A stretch of 64,000 bases of DNA, taken from the NCBI RefSeq assembly GCF_030028105.1, contig NC_092379.1:27087821-27151820 (forward strand), given 5' to 3'. Made by a program: the position numbers and the translations under genes. This document shows positions 26,801 to 39,539 of the stretch, piece after piece. This DNA is from Mobula birostris (lineage: Eukaryota). Under the pieces are notes generated by a model, which searched no databases, was not told where the DNA came from, and saw only the letters and a list, made by a program, of their open reading frames with translations. Positions within the stretch are counted from its first letter, which is position 1. Every line of letters starts with the position of its first letter.

Positions 26801-27748
26801 AACCGTTTTTTTTTTTTATTTGAGGCTTTGCTTGAACTTTTAACATCATTTATTTTCACCCAACCACACTGTCAGCTCTGGCACTCTGGTCCCCATCCCC
26901 CTGCAAATCTAGTTTAAAGCCTCCCCAGAAGCACTAATAAACTTCCCCGGAAATATATTTATCCCCTTGTAGTTCAAGTGTAGCCCGTCACTCTGGTACA
27001 GGTCCCACCTGCCACAGAGACGTCCCAATAATCCTGAAATCTGAAATCCTGCACCCTACACCAGATCCTCAGCCACTTGTTCATCCTCCAGAGCATCCTA
27101 CTCTTAGCCTCACTTGGACGTAGCACAGGTAGCAATCCTGAGATTACCACCCTCGAGGTCCTGCTTTTCAAATTCCTACCAAGATCTCTATGCTTACTAT
27201 CTAGAACCTCCTCACTCTTCCTTGCTCTGTCATTGGTACCGATGTGCACCACAACATCTGGCTGATCACCCTCCCACTTTAGAATGTCATGCAAGCGATC
27301 AGAGTCATCCTCGACCCTGGCACCCGGGAGGCAACAAACCATCCTGGATTCTCTGTCACGACCACAGAACCTCTTATCTGTACCTTTAACTATCGACTCC
27401 CCTATCACTACCGCTCTCTTGTTTTTCCACCCTCCCTTCTGCACTGCAGAACCAGACTCAGCGCCAGAGACTTGGCTGCTGCAGGTTGTCCCAGGTAACT
27501 CATTCCCCCGCAACAGTATCTACTGCGGTGTACTTGTTGTTGATGGGAATGACCACAGGAGAACCCTGCTCTGTCTGTCCTTTCCTCTTCCTTCTCCTGA
27601 CAGTGACCTAATTTACTGTGCTCTCTTCCTTTGGCGTAACTACCTCCCTGTAGCTACTATCTATAATCTCCTCATTCTCCCGAATGATCCGGAGGTCATC
27701 CAGCTCCTGCTCCAGTTCCTTAACGCGGTTTGTTAGGAGCTGCACCTC
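23867..27748 (-). mobile_element. CR1 subfamily B copy 2, truncated within ORF1
   Basis: Esterase [50 protein letters not shown], 3' end catagaaaccat; high similarity to 2340-6547. Confidence 0.95.
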
Positions 27749-27869
27749 TAACGCGGTTTGCATCGGTGGTGCAAACGCAGTTATGAGTCCGCATGCAGTA
27801 TTCTCTAAATGTTGGTTTGCTGGTTGATCCGCCGTCGAGGAAGGCGAATGCAACGCCATCATTCATTTA

Positions 27870-28630
27870 AATAAGTCTAAAAAAATGAGTGCAAGGATGT
27901 AAAGCTGAGGCAGTAATAATGCACTGGCAAGACCCCACTTGGAGTATTGAGAGCAGTTTTGGGTTCCTCATATAAGAACATATGTTCTGTTATTTGAGAG
28001 GTTTCAGACGGTTTTCACATATACGAATCCGGGAATTGAAGGGCTATCACGTGTTGGAGACGTGATTCGGAAAGGACCATTTACGATTATAAATAAGCCA
28101 GCAATTAACTTAACAAGGAAAATTAGAATGAATGGCAGAAGCGGCCATGAAAAGTCATTGGCCAGGAGAAGGAAAGGAATTCCTAAAGTAATACATAAAT
28201 ACTACAACATCTAGAGGACAACAAAGTAGCCTGCAGGGCCACTCAGGGTTAAAGGAGGACAAAGGCTGCTGGATACGTGGGAGTGCGGTTGAGATCCGTA
28301 TTTACTAATGAGAAATAGACATTTTCCGTTGAGAGTGGGGGAGATTCAAACAAGAGGGCATGGGTTGAGAATTAGAGGGCAAAAGTTTTGGGGGTAACAT
28401 GAGGGGGGACTTGTTTACTCAGAAAGTGGTAGCTGTGTGGAATGAGCTTCCAGCAGACGTGGTTGAGGCAGGTTCTATGTTGTCTTTAAAGTTAAATTGG
28501 ATAGATATATGGACAGGAAAGGAATGCAGTTATGGGCTGAAACAGGTCGTTGGGAATAGGATAGGGTTAGAGTTCGGCACGGACTAGAAGGGCCGAGATG
28601 TCCTGTTTCCGTACTGTAATTGCTAGATGG
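27870..28630 (+). mobile_element. CR1 3' fragment(s)
   Basis: MRGDLFTQKVVAVWNELP block and 3' hairpin/tail ggcacggactagaagggccg; unrelated insert at about 28070-28310. Confidence 0.75.
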
Positions 28631-28869
28631 TTATATATGGTTAAATACGTGGCGGCGAGAAAGAAACCATTCTGTCTATGACCAATTCAATTATATTTCT
28701 CGATGTACCGCAACAGTACATTCTTAAAATCCACTCTAAAATGTTTCTAATCAATGTGGTCATAGTAACTGACCTAAAACAATATTTATTCTGCTTCCCT
28801 TCCTTCAAGTGTGGAGAGAAATGAGCAATGTTCATTACTGAACGACATGCCAGTTATCAATTGATTCTA

Positions 28870-29660
28870 GAATGGTCATTACTGATGTCTCCAAAACCTC
28901 TTCCACCACCTCCTACAGGGAAGAAGTTATCTCTCTGACACAAAAGTGTCTAGAAAACAACGTCTCCTTCAATGTCGCAAAAGCAAATTAGCTGGTTGTA
29001 GATTACAGGAGGAACGGAGACGGGCTAACCCCTATTGACATCAATGGATCTGGAGTTGAGAGGGTAAACAGCTTCATGTTCTTCTGCATCCACATCACCG
29101 TGGAACACACGTGGACTGTGCATACCAGCTGTGTGGTAAAAAATCACGACAGCACATCATTTGCATCAGACGGTCGAGATGTTTGGTACGGGCTTTCAAA
29201 TCCTTAGAATGTTCTTTATGGGCACAACTGAGAGCATCCTGACTGGCTGCATCACTGCCTGATATAGCAAATGTAACTCCCTTAATCGTAGAACTCTGCA
29301 GAAAGTGGTGCGGACAGCTCAGCGCATCTGTGGTACAAACTTCCCATGAATAAGGACATTTATCAGGACAGGTCTATAAAATGGGCCTGTACGATCATTA
29401 GGAATCCAAGCCATCCTAAGCACAATGTATTCCAGCTACTACCATCGGGAAAGCGATACCACAGCATAAAAGCCATAGCCAAGAGTCTCCGGGACAGGTT
29501 GTTCCACTAGGCCATCAGACTCAGGCTAATTTGATTGTCTTCCTATTGCATTTACTGTTCTATTTATTATAAATTACTATGACTGCATGTTGCACATTTA
29601 GATGGAGACGTTAGATAAAGATCTTTACTTCTCATGAATGTAAAGGATGTAAAAAATAGA
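28870..29660 (+). mobile_element. Rex1/Babar-type LINE 3' fragment
   Basis: Decayed LNV.K.KEL.VDYRR, LQKVVRTAQRI, HPSHNVFQLLPSGKRY-like codons and 3'UTR. Confidence 0.75.
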
Positions 29661-29661
29661 G

Positions 29662-32168
29662 TCATAGAACCATATAACCATAGAAACTACAGCGCAGAAA
29701 CAGGCGCTTTGGCCCTTCTTGGCTGTGCCGAACCATGTTCTGCCTAGTCCCACTGACCTGCACGCGGACCATATCCCTCCATACACTTCCCATCCATGTA
29801 CCTGTCCAATATATTCTTACATGTTAAAAAAGAACCCGCATTTACCACCTCGTCTGGCAGCTCATTCCATGCTCCCACCACTCTCTGTGTGAAGAAGCCC
29901 CCCCCCCATGTTCCCTTTAAACTTCCCCCCCTCACCCTTAACCCATGTCCTCTGTTTTTTTTTTCTCCCCTTGCCTCACTGGAAAAAGCCTGCTTGCATT
30001 CTCTCTATCTATACCCAACATAATTTTATATACCTCTATCAAATCTCCCCTCATTCTTCTACGCTCCAGGGAATAAAGTCCTAACCTATTCAACCTGTCT
30101 CTGTAACTGAGTTTCTCAAGTCCTGGCAACATCCTTGTAAACCTTCTCTGCACTCTTTCAACCTTATTTATATCCTACCTGTAATTTGGTGACCAAAACT
30201 GAACACAATACTCCAGATTCGGCCTCACGAATGCCTTATACAACCTCATCATAACATTCCAGCTGTTATACTCAATACTTCGATTAATAAAGGCCAATGT
30301 ACCAAAAGCTCTTTTTACGACCCTATCTACCTGTGACGACACTTTTAGGGAATTTTGTATCTGAATTCCCAGATCCCTCTGTTCCACTGCACTCGTCTGC
30401 CTTATCATTAACACTGTATATTCTACGTTGGTTTGTCCTTCCAACGTGCAATACCTCACACTTGTCAGTATTAAACTCCATCTGCCATTTTTCAGCCCAT
30501 TTTTCCAGTTGGTCCAGGTCTCTCTGCAGGCTCCAAAAACCTTCCTCACTGTCTACTACACCTCCAATCTTTGTATCATCAGCAAACTTGCTGATTCAAT
30601 TTACCACATTATCATCCAGATCATTTATATAGATGACAAATAACAATGGACCGAGCACTGATCCCTGTGGCAAACTACTAGTCACAGGCCTCCACTGAGA
30701 AAAGCAATTCTCTACCACCACTCTCTGGCTTCTTTCTTCGAGCCAATGTCTAATCCAATTTACCACCTCTCCATTTATACCTAGCGACTGAATTTTACTA
30801 ACTAACCTCCCATGCGGGACCTTGTCAAAGGCCTTACTGAAGTCCATGTAGACAACATCCACTGCCTTTCCTTCATCCATTTTCCTGGTAACCTCCTCGA
30901 AAAACTCCAACAGATTGGTCAAACATGACCTACCACGCATAAAGCCGTGTTGACTCTCCCTAATAAGCCCCTGTCTATCCAAATGCTTGTAGATTCTGTC
31001 TCTTAGTACTCCCTCCAATAACTTACCTACTACTGACGTTAAACTCACCGGCCTATAATTTCCCGGATTACTTTTCGATCCTTTTTTAAACAACGGAACA
31101 GCATGAGCCACTCTCCAATCCTCCGGCACTTCACCCGTAGACAGCGTCATTTTAAATATTTCTGCCAGGGCCCCAGCAATTTCAACACTAGTCTCCTTCA
31201 AGGTCCGAGGGAACACTCTGTCAGGTCCCGGGGATTTATCCACTTTAATTTTCCTCAAGACAGCAAGCACCTCCTCCTTTTCAATCTGTGCAGTTTCCAT
31301 GGTCTCACTACTTGATTCCCTCTATACCATAGATTTCATGCCAGCTTCCTTAGTAAATACAGACGCAAACAAACTATTTAAGATCTCCCACATTTCCTTT
31401 GGTTCCGCACAAAGCCGACCACTCTGATCTTCAAGAGGACCAATTTTATCCCTTACAATCCTTTTGTTCTTAACATACTTGTAAAAGCTCTTTGGATTAT
31501 CCTTCACTTTGACTGCCAAGGCAACCTCATGTCTTCTTTTAGCCCTCCTGATTTCTTTCTTAAGTATTTTCTTGCACTTCTTATACTCCTCAAGCACTCG
31601 ATTTACCCCCTGTTTCCTATACATTTCATACAACTCCCTCTTCTTCTTTATCAGAGTTGCAATATCCCTTGAGAACCAAGGTTCCTTATTCCTATTCAAT
31701 TTGCCTTTAATCCTGACAGGAACATACAAACTCTGCACTCTCAACATTTCCCCTTTGAAGGCTTCCCACCTACCAATGACATCTTTGCCAGAGAACAACC
31801 TGTCCCAATCGACGCTTTTTAGATCTTTTCTCATTTCTTCAAATTTGGCCTTCTTCCAGTTCAGAACCTCAACTTTAGGACCAGATCTATCCTTGTCCAT
31901 GATTATATTGAAACTGATAGTGTTATGATCACTGGAACCAAAGTGCTCCCCTACACAGACTTCTGTCACTTGCCCTAATTCGTTTCCTAACAGGAGATCC
32001 AATATTGCATCCCCTCTAGTTGGTCCACCTATATGTTGATTTAGAAAACTTTCCTGAACACATTTTACAAACACTAAACCATCTAGACCCCTAACAGTAT
32101 GTGAGTCCCAATCAATGTAGGGAAAATTAAAATCCCGTACCACCACAACTTTATGCTTCCTGCAGTTC
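29662..32168 (-). mobile_element. CR1 subfamily B copy 3, truncated in the APE domain, relatively young
   Basis: Long uninterrupted ORF2 pieces (274 aa 31322-32146; 234 aa 30596-31300) with canonical RT motifs; 3' end catagaaccatataaccatag. Confidence 0.96.
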
Positions 32169-32705
32169 AGTATTTAACTTTACGTACTTATTTACATTTT
32201 AAATTTGCAAAGCTGAGCCCAAAATTCTCGGACTTCTCTGCTGCAAATTAACATGTTTTGTTTCCTGATGACATGCTCAAACGAACGAGAGTACTTTGAA
32301 TTTATATACATGTATATTTCCCATAATAAAACCTGTATAATGGACTGAAACGGATAAGATTACGTCGCAGAGTGCTGGAAGATGGGCGGTGGTTGCTTGT
32401 CCTTTATGTGTATCTGATTATTGAAACAGTTGCGGGATGCTATGCTGTCTAGTTTAGTTGTCGCTCCCTCTATAAATCTCCCAATGACATTTAATTCAAG
32501 TTCAGGTATCAGATGAGTCTCAGTCCTCATAAAATGTACAAATCATGAATAGTACTGTATAGATTCTCATTCCTGGCACATGTATTGTGGCATGTACTGC
32601 CTCCTCCGGACACGAGGTCTTGAAGGCTTGATATTAGTGATTATCATCATGTGTCATGGGTCTCACTCTGAAGGGTGATTGATGTATTCAATTGTTTTTT
32701 TTTTT

Positions 32706-33020
32706 CTTGTAAGCAGATAAACCAGACACACTGGTCAGAGAAAAGTAGCAGTCTGTCACATAATCCTTCCGCTCTCGCCATATCATCGGGACAGCGAACG
32801 TCATTAACTTCCGTGTACCTCTTCGACGAGCTCTCTCATGGACGGCCGATGCTGTACAACACACGTGAGGAATCAAGGTTTGGAATCAGTCGCAAATGTG
32901 GCACTCAAAATGGAGCGCATGGGTTTTCATTATAAGCAGATTCATCCTCCATCTTTCGAAATAAAGTGTATACTGGCCAAATATATAACAGAAGTAACCG
33001 AGGCTGTTGCAGTATTGGCG
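32706..33020 (-). mobile_element. Relic N-terminal Cys/His-rich domain of a Chapaev3-like (CMC) DNA transposase
   Basis: One frame with one stop: CNSLGYFCYIFGQYTL..HALHFECHICD*FQTLIPHVCC..FAVPMIWRERKDYVTDCYFSL, resembling the recalled pattern FCYICG..YFG..GDQDK.WAPH.CC..FAVPMVWREP..H.TDCYFC. Family assignment is from memory. Confidence 0.65.
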
Positions 33021-33661
33021 AGAAATTTTGCTGCTCCACATACTCAGAAGAATAAATTCACTTTATTATATTGTGTACACATGCACCAAGACCATGAACA
33101 TCGACATGATCGCAAATAAACATACTGGTAATGGCAATGAATAGAACGGTGTGTGGTGATTTTCTAACAGCCGCCCCGAAGCAGCATTCACCGTGCTTGG
33201 TATTAACACATCTCAGCTTACATAGTAGGCAACATCTTAACTGACTTAAATTATAAATTGAAATTATACTGGTTGATTTCAAAATAATAGTGCGTGATGG
33301 GAGAAGTCTATCGTACCAATCGAGATCAGTGGAGCAAGTTCGAAAGGAACCACGCAAACGTTTTCAGGAAACAAAATATTGATTTCCCAGCTTATTTAGA
33401 AAACTCCATTTGCATATGTGGATTTAAACGAAGCATTAATGGGGTCAGAATAGAACAGGTGAAGACTGTTTTCACACAGTTAATGTTTACAGTCCGTGAC
33501 GTTCGATGGAAGGGATGGTGGAAACAGAGAAACTGAAAAAAAAAAAAAAACATCAGGCTCAGATGGACGCAAATCGCTGTCGGATTGTACCGAGCTGATT
33601 GCAAAATGCTGGCCAGGTTTAGCATTGATGCATATGTGGTTATTGGCATAAGGACGTTGGG

Positions 33662-34078
33662 ATGAAGACCCTTCTTATATTGTATATAATTCTGTGATTC
33701 ACTTGTTCGTATATCATGCCTACCAAAGCACGAACAATATTTGAAAGAGAGCTTTCAGGCAGCGAAACCTCTGTTGATTCAAATAGACCTTAGCTTCGTT
33801 TCCTTCCATGGAGTGGTTACGGAACTATCGGTTTCCTTTGAGTTTGCCTGCACATCTGGGAATCAACGGTGTGCACTCTAACTTGGCTATTGAACAGCGG
33901 CGTACATCTGAATTTCGAAGCACTGGAATGGCCAAATAGTAGGACGAATGTTTTGCAGCAATGCTTGTTTTTCGAACCCGGAGCGTCAATCGATGATAGT
34001 ATAATTGCATTTAGATTTCATGGCATTGAATATTGTGGCGAGCATTCACTCCTCCATAATGACAAGCGCGCCAAAACA
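33662..34078 (+). pseudogene. Candidate decayed V segment
   Basis: Leader-like MKTLLILYIIL*FT + phase-1 gttcgt, acceptor ctttcag (33758), gaaacctctgt (intact V gaaactctgt), in-frame C(33845)-13-W(33884)..ALEW..YC(34031-34036); no convincing RSS. Confidence 0.35.
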
Positions 34079-34399
34079 CATTTGCATCAAATTATTTTTT
34101 TTTTTTTAATGAACCGAGTCACCAAAGCAAACCGGACCGCCATGTCCCGAGGAGTGAACAGACGCAGTCAGTTACCAGAGGAGGGAGGGAGGAGGTCTGG
34201 AAGTGATTGGTACACAACCACTTACAGTCTGTACAATCTCAAAAAATACAAACGAACAACTTTATATCACGATATATGAACGTGCAACCCCTAGCATAAT
34301 CCCACGAACGGAATCATATACATAATAAATATAAAAGAGCAATACATTGTGTTAGACACGAGGAATGCTGGGGCAGGCTGTTGACCAGGCTACTGGAGC

Positions 34400-37300
34400 G
34401 CCGCAGTGCCTCCACCTGCGGTCAACCGTTCCCAGCAACCCAGCCTCCAGAACAATGTCCGATAATCCCGGTGGTTGTTGACGCTGCCGCCTTGGGCGCT
34501 AGCGATGTCTGGAGACACCCACCCATGCCCCCACCCCCTCATCCCGTGGGAGGAGGTGTTTGGGGTACAAGAGGCAGGGTACGTGGAACGTTAATTCTTC
34601 TTTTTTAGACTGCCGGTACGATGGTGACCAAGAGCTGGTTCCGTACCAGCTCATAGCGGTGCAACACATCTGTCTTCCGCCGCTCAAGCAACCGTAAAGT
34701 AAACCAAGTAACGTCAAGCCCTGTACACGCCTGGAGGCATCGTAATCTCTGACTCTAGAGAATGTGCTTGCGTCATCAGATCCACCAGCCTGTGCACTCC
34801 CCGCCCAACCATAAGCACAGGCTCTATAATGAACTGCTGTCCATTATGGCAAGATATTAGTGGTCTGTCGTGATCGCAATCGTGCTGCCAGCAAACGAGC
34901 AGAACAAACGTCGTTTAAAGCAATCTAGCAGACCATCCCTTTGCGTGCGAGTGTGGTGGTCAGCTTCGTGGTGCTTCCCAGCTGCCTGCAGAGCTCAATA
35001 AACATATGCTGCGCCCCGAGTTTGTCAAGGGCGCCGAGGAAGTTCTCCTCCAGTCTCTTAGTGCTGGTGCTCTTCGCCAACGTGTCTGACCTCTTCGTGA
35101 AGTAATGAATAACTACGACAACATAGCGCTTCACAGAGTTACAATATTGGAAGCGGCCAATGATGCCTGCCTCTGCACGCTGCTCGGGGATACCACAAGG
35201 TACTGCTGCATTAGCACACTGGACCGGCGGCCAGGCTCGTTCTGAGACGTGCCAGACTCTCAGCAGTGCGCGAAATGTCTACACCCATATCGATGGGAGA
35301 GTTCACTCAGCCTTCCGAACGTCATTCGAAATCATAAATGGCCAACTCTTACCAGCTCGCGGACCGACTTCTGCATAGTGGCGCTGGCCACGGGGAGAAC
35401 CACACGCCGCAGGAGATGACTGTCAGAAAACAATCACCGCCGGAACAGCAAGTCACAGCACCCCTCCAACGTGTCCCAGGGAGAGGACAGGGCGTTACGT
35501 TCTGGATGCAACTAGTGACCTCTCTCCGCACCGGCCGGCATTCCATGCTGACCCAAATGTTAACTTGGGCCGCCACAGGATTAATTATGCAAAATCGAGG
35601 AAATCTGCAGATGCTGGAAATTCAGGCAAAGTTATTGGTGAACGCAGCAGGCCAGGCTGCAGCTCTAGGATGAGGTACAGTCGACGTTACGGACGAGACC
35701 CTTCGTCAGAACTAACTGAAAGAAGAGCTAGTAAGAGATTGGAAAGTGAGAGGGGGTGGGCCATCCAAAGTGATAGGAGAAGACAGGAGGGGGAGGGATG
35801 GAGCCAAGAACTGGGCAGTTGATTGGTAAAAGGGATATGAGAGGATCTTGGGACAGGATCCCTCCCCACCGATCTCCCTTCTGGCATTTACCCTTGTAAG
35901 CGGAACGAGTGCTACACATGTCCTTACACTTCCTCTCCTGCCACTATTCCCCCCAACGCCCTTTTCTTTCTTTAGGCCTCCTGTCCCATGATCCTCTCAT
36001 ATCACTTTTGCCAATCAACTGTCCAGGTCTTGGATCCATCCTTCCCCCTCCTGTCTTCTCCTATCGTTTTGGATCTGCCCTCCCCCTCCCACTTTCAAAT
36101 TTCTTACTAGCTATTCTTTCAGTTAGACCTGACGAAGGGTCTCTGCCCGAAACGTCGATTATACCTCTTCCTAGAGATGCTGCCAGGCATGTTGCGTTCA
36201 CCAGCAACTTTGATGTGTGTTATTGGATTAATTGTCTGCGTTCTACGAGGCTGCGGATGATCCACGTTGAGTAGATCGCCGCCTGTTTTTACCGGGAGCA
36301 TCGTCACCACCTCCTGAACTTGGTTCTGCCACTTGGCGCGAAGACAGTACTGACACTCGCTGGCCTCATGGGAACAGGTGTCAGCATTGCTGTGATAACT
36401 TCTAGTGCCGGGTTACATGTCTAAAGCGTCGTCGTGGTGAATTTCCAACGACTGCACCAGTTGGCCCACCGGGCCGCGGAACCTCAACTACCAGATAACG
36501 ACGCCAAATTTCTGCTAAGCAGGAATTGTCGGCCGAAGTGTTAGAGACGGGTCGAGGAGAGCCACGACCACGGCCAACAGGCTCTTCGCGTGTGACTCAA
36601 TAGCCCCGCTCACTGTGACTGACGCAATTCATAACGCATTCGCATTTGACCCGCTCCTGTCACTGCACTGCGCTAATCACGCCCCTGCTGTCATGATTAG
36701 CGCAAACTGTGCAAACAAAAATAGGGGTGTGCTGGATCAGGTACGCTAGCACCAGCTGGATGGAGTTCGGAGCTAGTCGAAGGCGGCAGCGCAGTTCTGA
36801 GTCCAGGCGAAGGGATTCCCTTTCTCTCTGAGCATCTGCAGAGTACTAGATAAAGAGGCGAAGTACCTAATATACCGGTACAATATGATACGAGACCACA
36901 GAAACATACGAATATTGGAACCTTCGATGCTCCTCCACACTGAACCTATGCTTCAGGATCATCGTCCAGTGGCGCTGTAGGCTGTATTTTGTGAGGGATT
37001 GAGGCGCAGATTCGCCGGGGGATGGTGGTGAAGACCTCCTCCAATTTCTGTAGGGCAACATCGGAAACGGCGGACAGCAGAGAGAAAACATCCAAATTAT
37101 GACACATGGACTCCGTGAAATGTCAGCCAGCTCCCTCTCCATAATTCTCCCGAATGTAGTCGAGACCTTAGATGGGCCATGCGGATTTGCTCGGAACTGC
37201 AACCGCCCTTATCAATGGTGAAAACTGTCTACTTTTGGACCTCACGAGCCAGCTCACTTGCCAGTAGCCACTGCGTAGATCGAGAAAGCTGAACTTGATC

Positions 37301-38720
37301 GAACTCGCCATGCAATCCAAACGATCATGAATTAGTGGCAGTGGTCCAGAGGCTTTCCGGGTCATGCAGAACGACCTTTCTTTCGCCCTGCTCAACATCG
37401 CTGGGGCTGCCCACGGGCTACCAAAGGGTTCAGTGATGCTGGTCTCTGCCATTTATTAAATCTGCTGGCCCAGTGTCTGAGGTTTGGCGAGGGCCAGACG
37501 ATGTGCATACTGTTGGACAATCCACGTGCGTCTGAATTCCTCGACTTTGACAAGGAAAATGACGAGATGCTGGTTCTGGACAACGCTCTGCAGCTCCTCT
37601 CCCACAACCCTAGCACGGCAAGACACTTTCGCTCGAGGACACCGCAGTATTACGGCCTTTGTCGCCCTGCTGCGCCGAAAAGTTTGCTGATGAAAGTGGT
37701 CTGCATGGGTGACCGGTGCTGGTTGCTGCCACACCGGCTTTGTGCGCTATCCGGAAATACAATGTAGCATAATCATAGCTTCAGTGCCGAGATCGAGTGC
37801 TGTTCCTGGCACATCCACACGGGATCCTAGCGATCAGCATGTCCGGGTCAATGATGCAAGAGTCCAGCATATCCACATACCACACCTCGTGCTCCTCTGC
37901 GTTTTACGCACTGCGCTGCATAGCTGCCTCTTCCTTCTCATCGCCATACAGTCGGCTGCGACGGGAGATGACGGGTCCCTGTCGAGGAGGACATCCGGAC
38001 GGAAGATGATAATGGTTGACGATGTATCCACAAATGAACGCCATCAGAGGCTTTGCACCACGCACACCATTCTTCCGCCTTGCTTTTCACCCAAAAGCAT
38101 CAAGCAGGGATCTAACAACGGAGGGATTTTTCTAGAGGTCTTGGTCGACGTTGGATCGACCTAAGTTGCTAAATTGGCTACCGGTCACCGACTCTGCCAG
38201 CACAACTGCCAGAGATGGTTGTGGTGTCAGAAGAATGTGCTGCAAAAGACCCTCCGGCATCAGCGGCTTCACAATGGAGTGGAAGGCAAGCTCATCCTGG
38301 ACCGCAGGAGGGCATTGCGGTAGCCAGGCCTAGCACAGAAGCGGAGATATTCTGCAGACCACCCTACTCCACCCCCGCGGATTCTCACAAACCGCACCTC
38401 CCCCTCCCCCCCCCCCCCGGCGCAACCTGATTACCTGCATACCAGTTTCACCCTCAACGTTTCCCCCGATGGACACTGCTCGAAACGTTGTTCCAGCGCC
38501 ACTCTGAAGTCCCAGTAGCTATGCTGCTCATCTGACCTTAGACCGAGAATGGCCATTGAGGACAACCCTTCCACCGCCAGGGCAAATTGGTGTTCCAGCT
38601 GGTATTCTCTGCGGCAGCTTAGCTTGCATCTTGTAAGGCAGCGGGAAACCGATTGCATTGTGTCCATGGAGATAGAGGGTGGACATTGTGGAGTGTATTA
38701 CTTGGGCTCGTTGGTTCTAC
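34400..38720 (-). mobile_element. Decayed Ty3/Gypsy LTR-retrotransposon internal region (gag-PR-RT-RH-IN)
   Basis: Minus strand order: gag-like ALEQRF (38431-38667), protease FVDTSSTIII (about 38030), RT SPWAAP..LDLRSGYWQV (37168-37452), RNase H ERGY*VTR (about 36600), integrase YVVVVIHYFTK (34925-35134). Candidate 5' LTR about 38893-39086; no matching 3' LTR recognised. Confidence 0.88.
35587..36224. mobile_element. Penelope-like element remnant with inverted terminal copies, inserted in the Gypsy
   Basis: About 230-bp inverted repeat (35628-35858 vs 35979-36211) around a spacer encoding PSGIYPCKRNECYTCPYTSS; GGATTAATT direct repeat at 35578-35586 and 36225-36233. Confidence 0.85.
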
Positions 38721-39432
38721 TCTTTATCCCATTGACGTGGTGCTGCCTGCCGCGTTACCGTCCTCCCATCACTGTGGCGTTTTGTGTTCCTTATGAGAGC
38801 TGCGACCGTTTCCGCGGATGTTAAGGAACCACATCCGAAGTCGTATCTCTTCGTTTTTGCCGTCAATTTCGCATCCCACATTGGTGTGTCACAAATGTGG
38901 CAAACATTGTGTATATTAACAGAGGAGAAGAGCACATTTATCTCAATTAGCGTGTTTATTGTGACATGTACAAACAAACAAAAAGAAAAAGAAGACCGGG
39001 CTCTGTGATTACAACAGACAACTCCCGCAGACATATACAGGTGAAGTAGGTGATTATTGCACACCCCCATTACGTTCAGGGTGACACACAAACACACAAG
39101 TGATTACCGTAACTGTATAACCTAAGCTAAATTGTCATACCAAATGAACTTCAACATCCCACCATGATCCCACAAATGCATTTGAAATCAAGGGCAATAA
39201 ATAGTGTCCACTAGGAATGTTTGTGCGCCTGTCGATCACGCAATCGGAGAGCCATAGTATTATTAGAACTGAGAATGGCCTACAACCGCCCAACTAAGCC
39301 GAATGACTAAGTAAGGAGGACGACTTACTTGATGAAATAATGAATAAGCTACAGACGGAGCAGTAAAGGTTCACATGATGTTAATGGAAGTAAAGTGTCG
39401 GGAGTCAATTAGAAGTTCAAATAGGTAGACAC

Positions 39433-39492
39433 GGTTTTTGTATTGAAAAAAAAAATCAGGTGATCATATTGATAGTTATAAAATACAGCAGT
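39433..39492 (-). pseudogene. Orphan V 3' end with 23-RSS relic
   Basis: Minus strand: ACT GCT GTA TTT TAT AAC TAT (TAVFYNY), then CAATATG, 23-nt spacer and perfect nonamer ACAAAAACC. Confidence 0.5.
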
Positions 39493-39539
39493 TATAATTA
39501 AAATTAGATGATCACAGTTTTTTTTTTTCTGCAAGCAAA

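Noticed and set aside
38222-38233. TGGTGTCAGAAG resembling a tRNA-Leu primer-binding site
   Set aside because: It is on the strand opposite the Gypsy and inside its gag-protease region.
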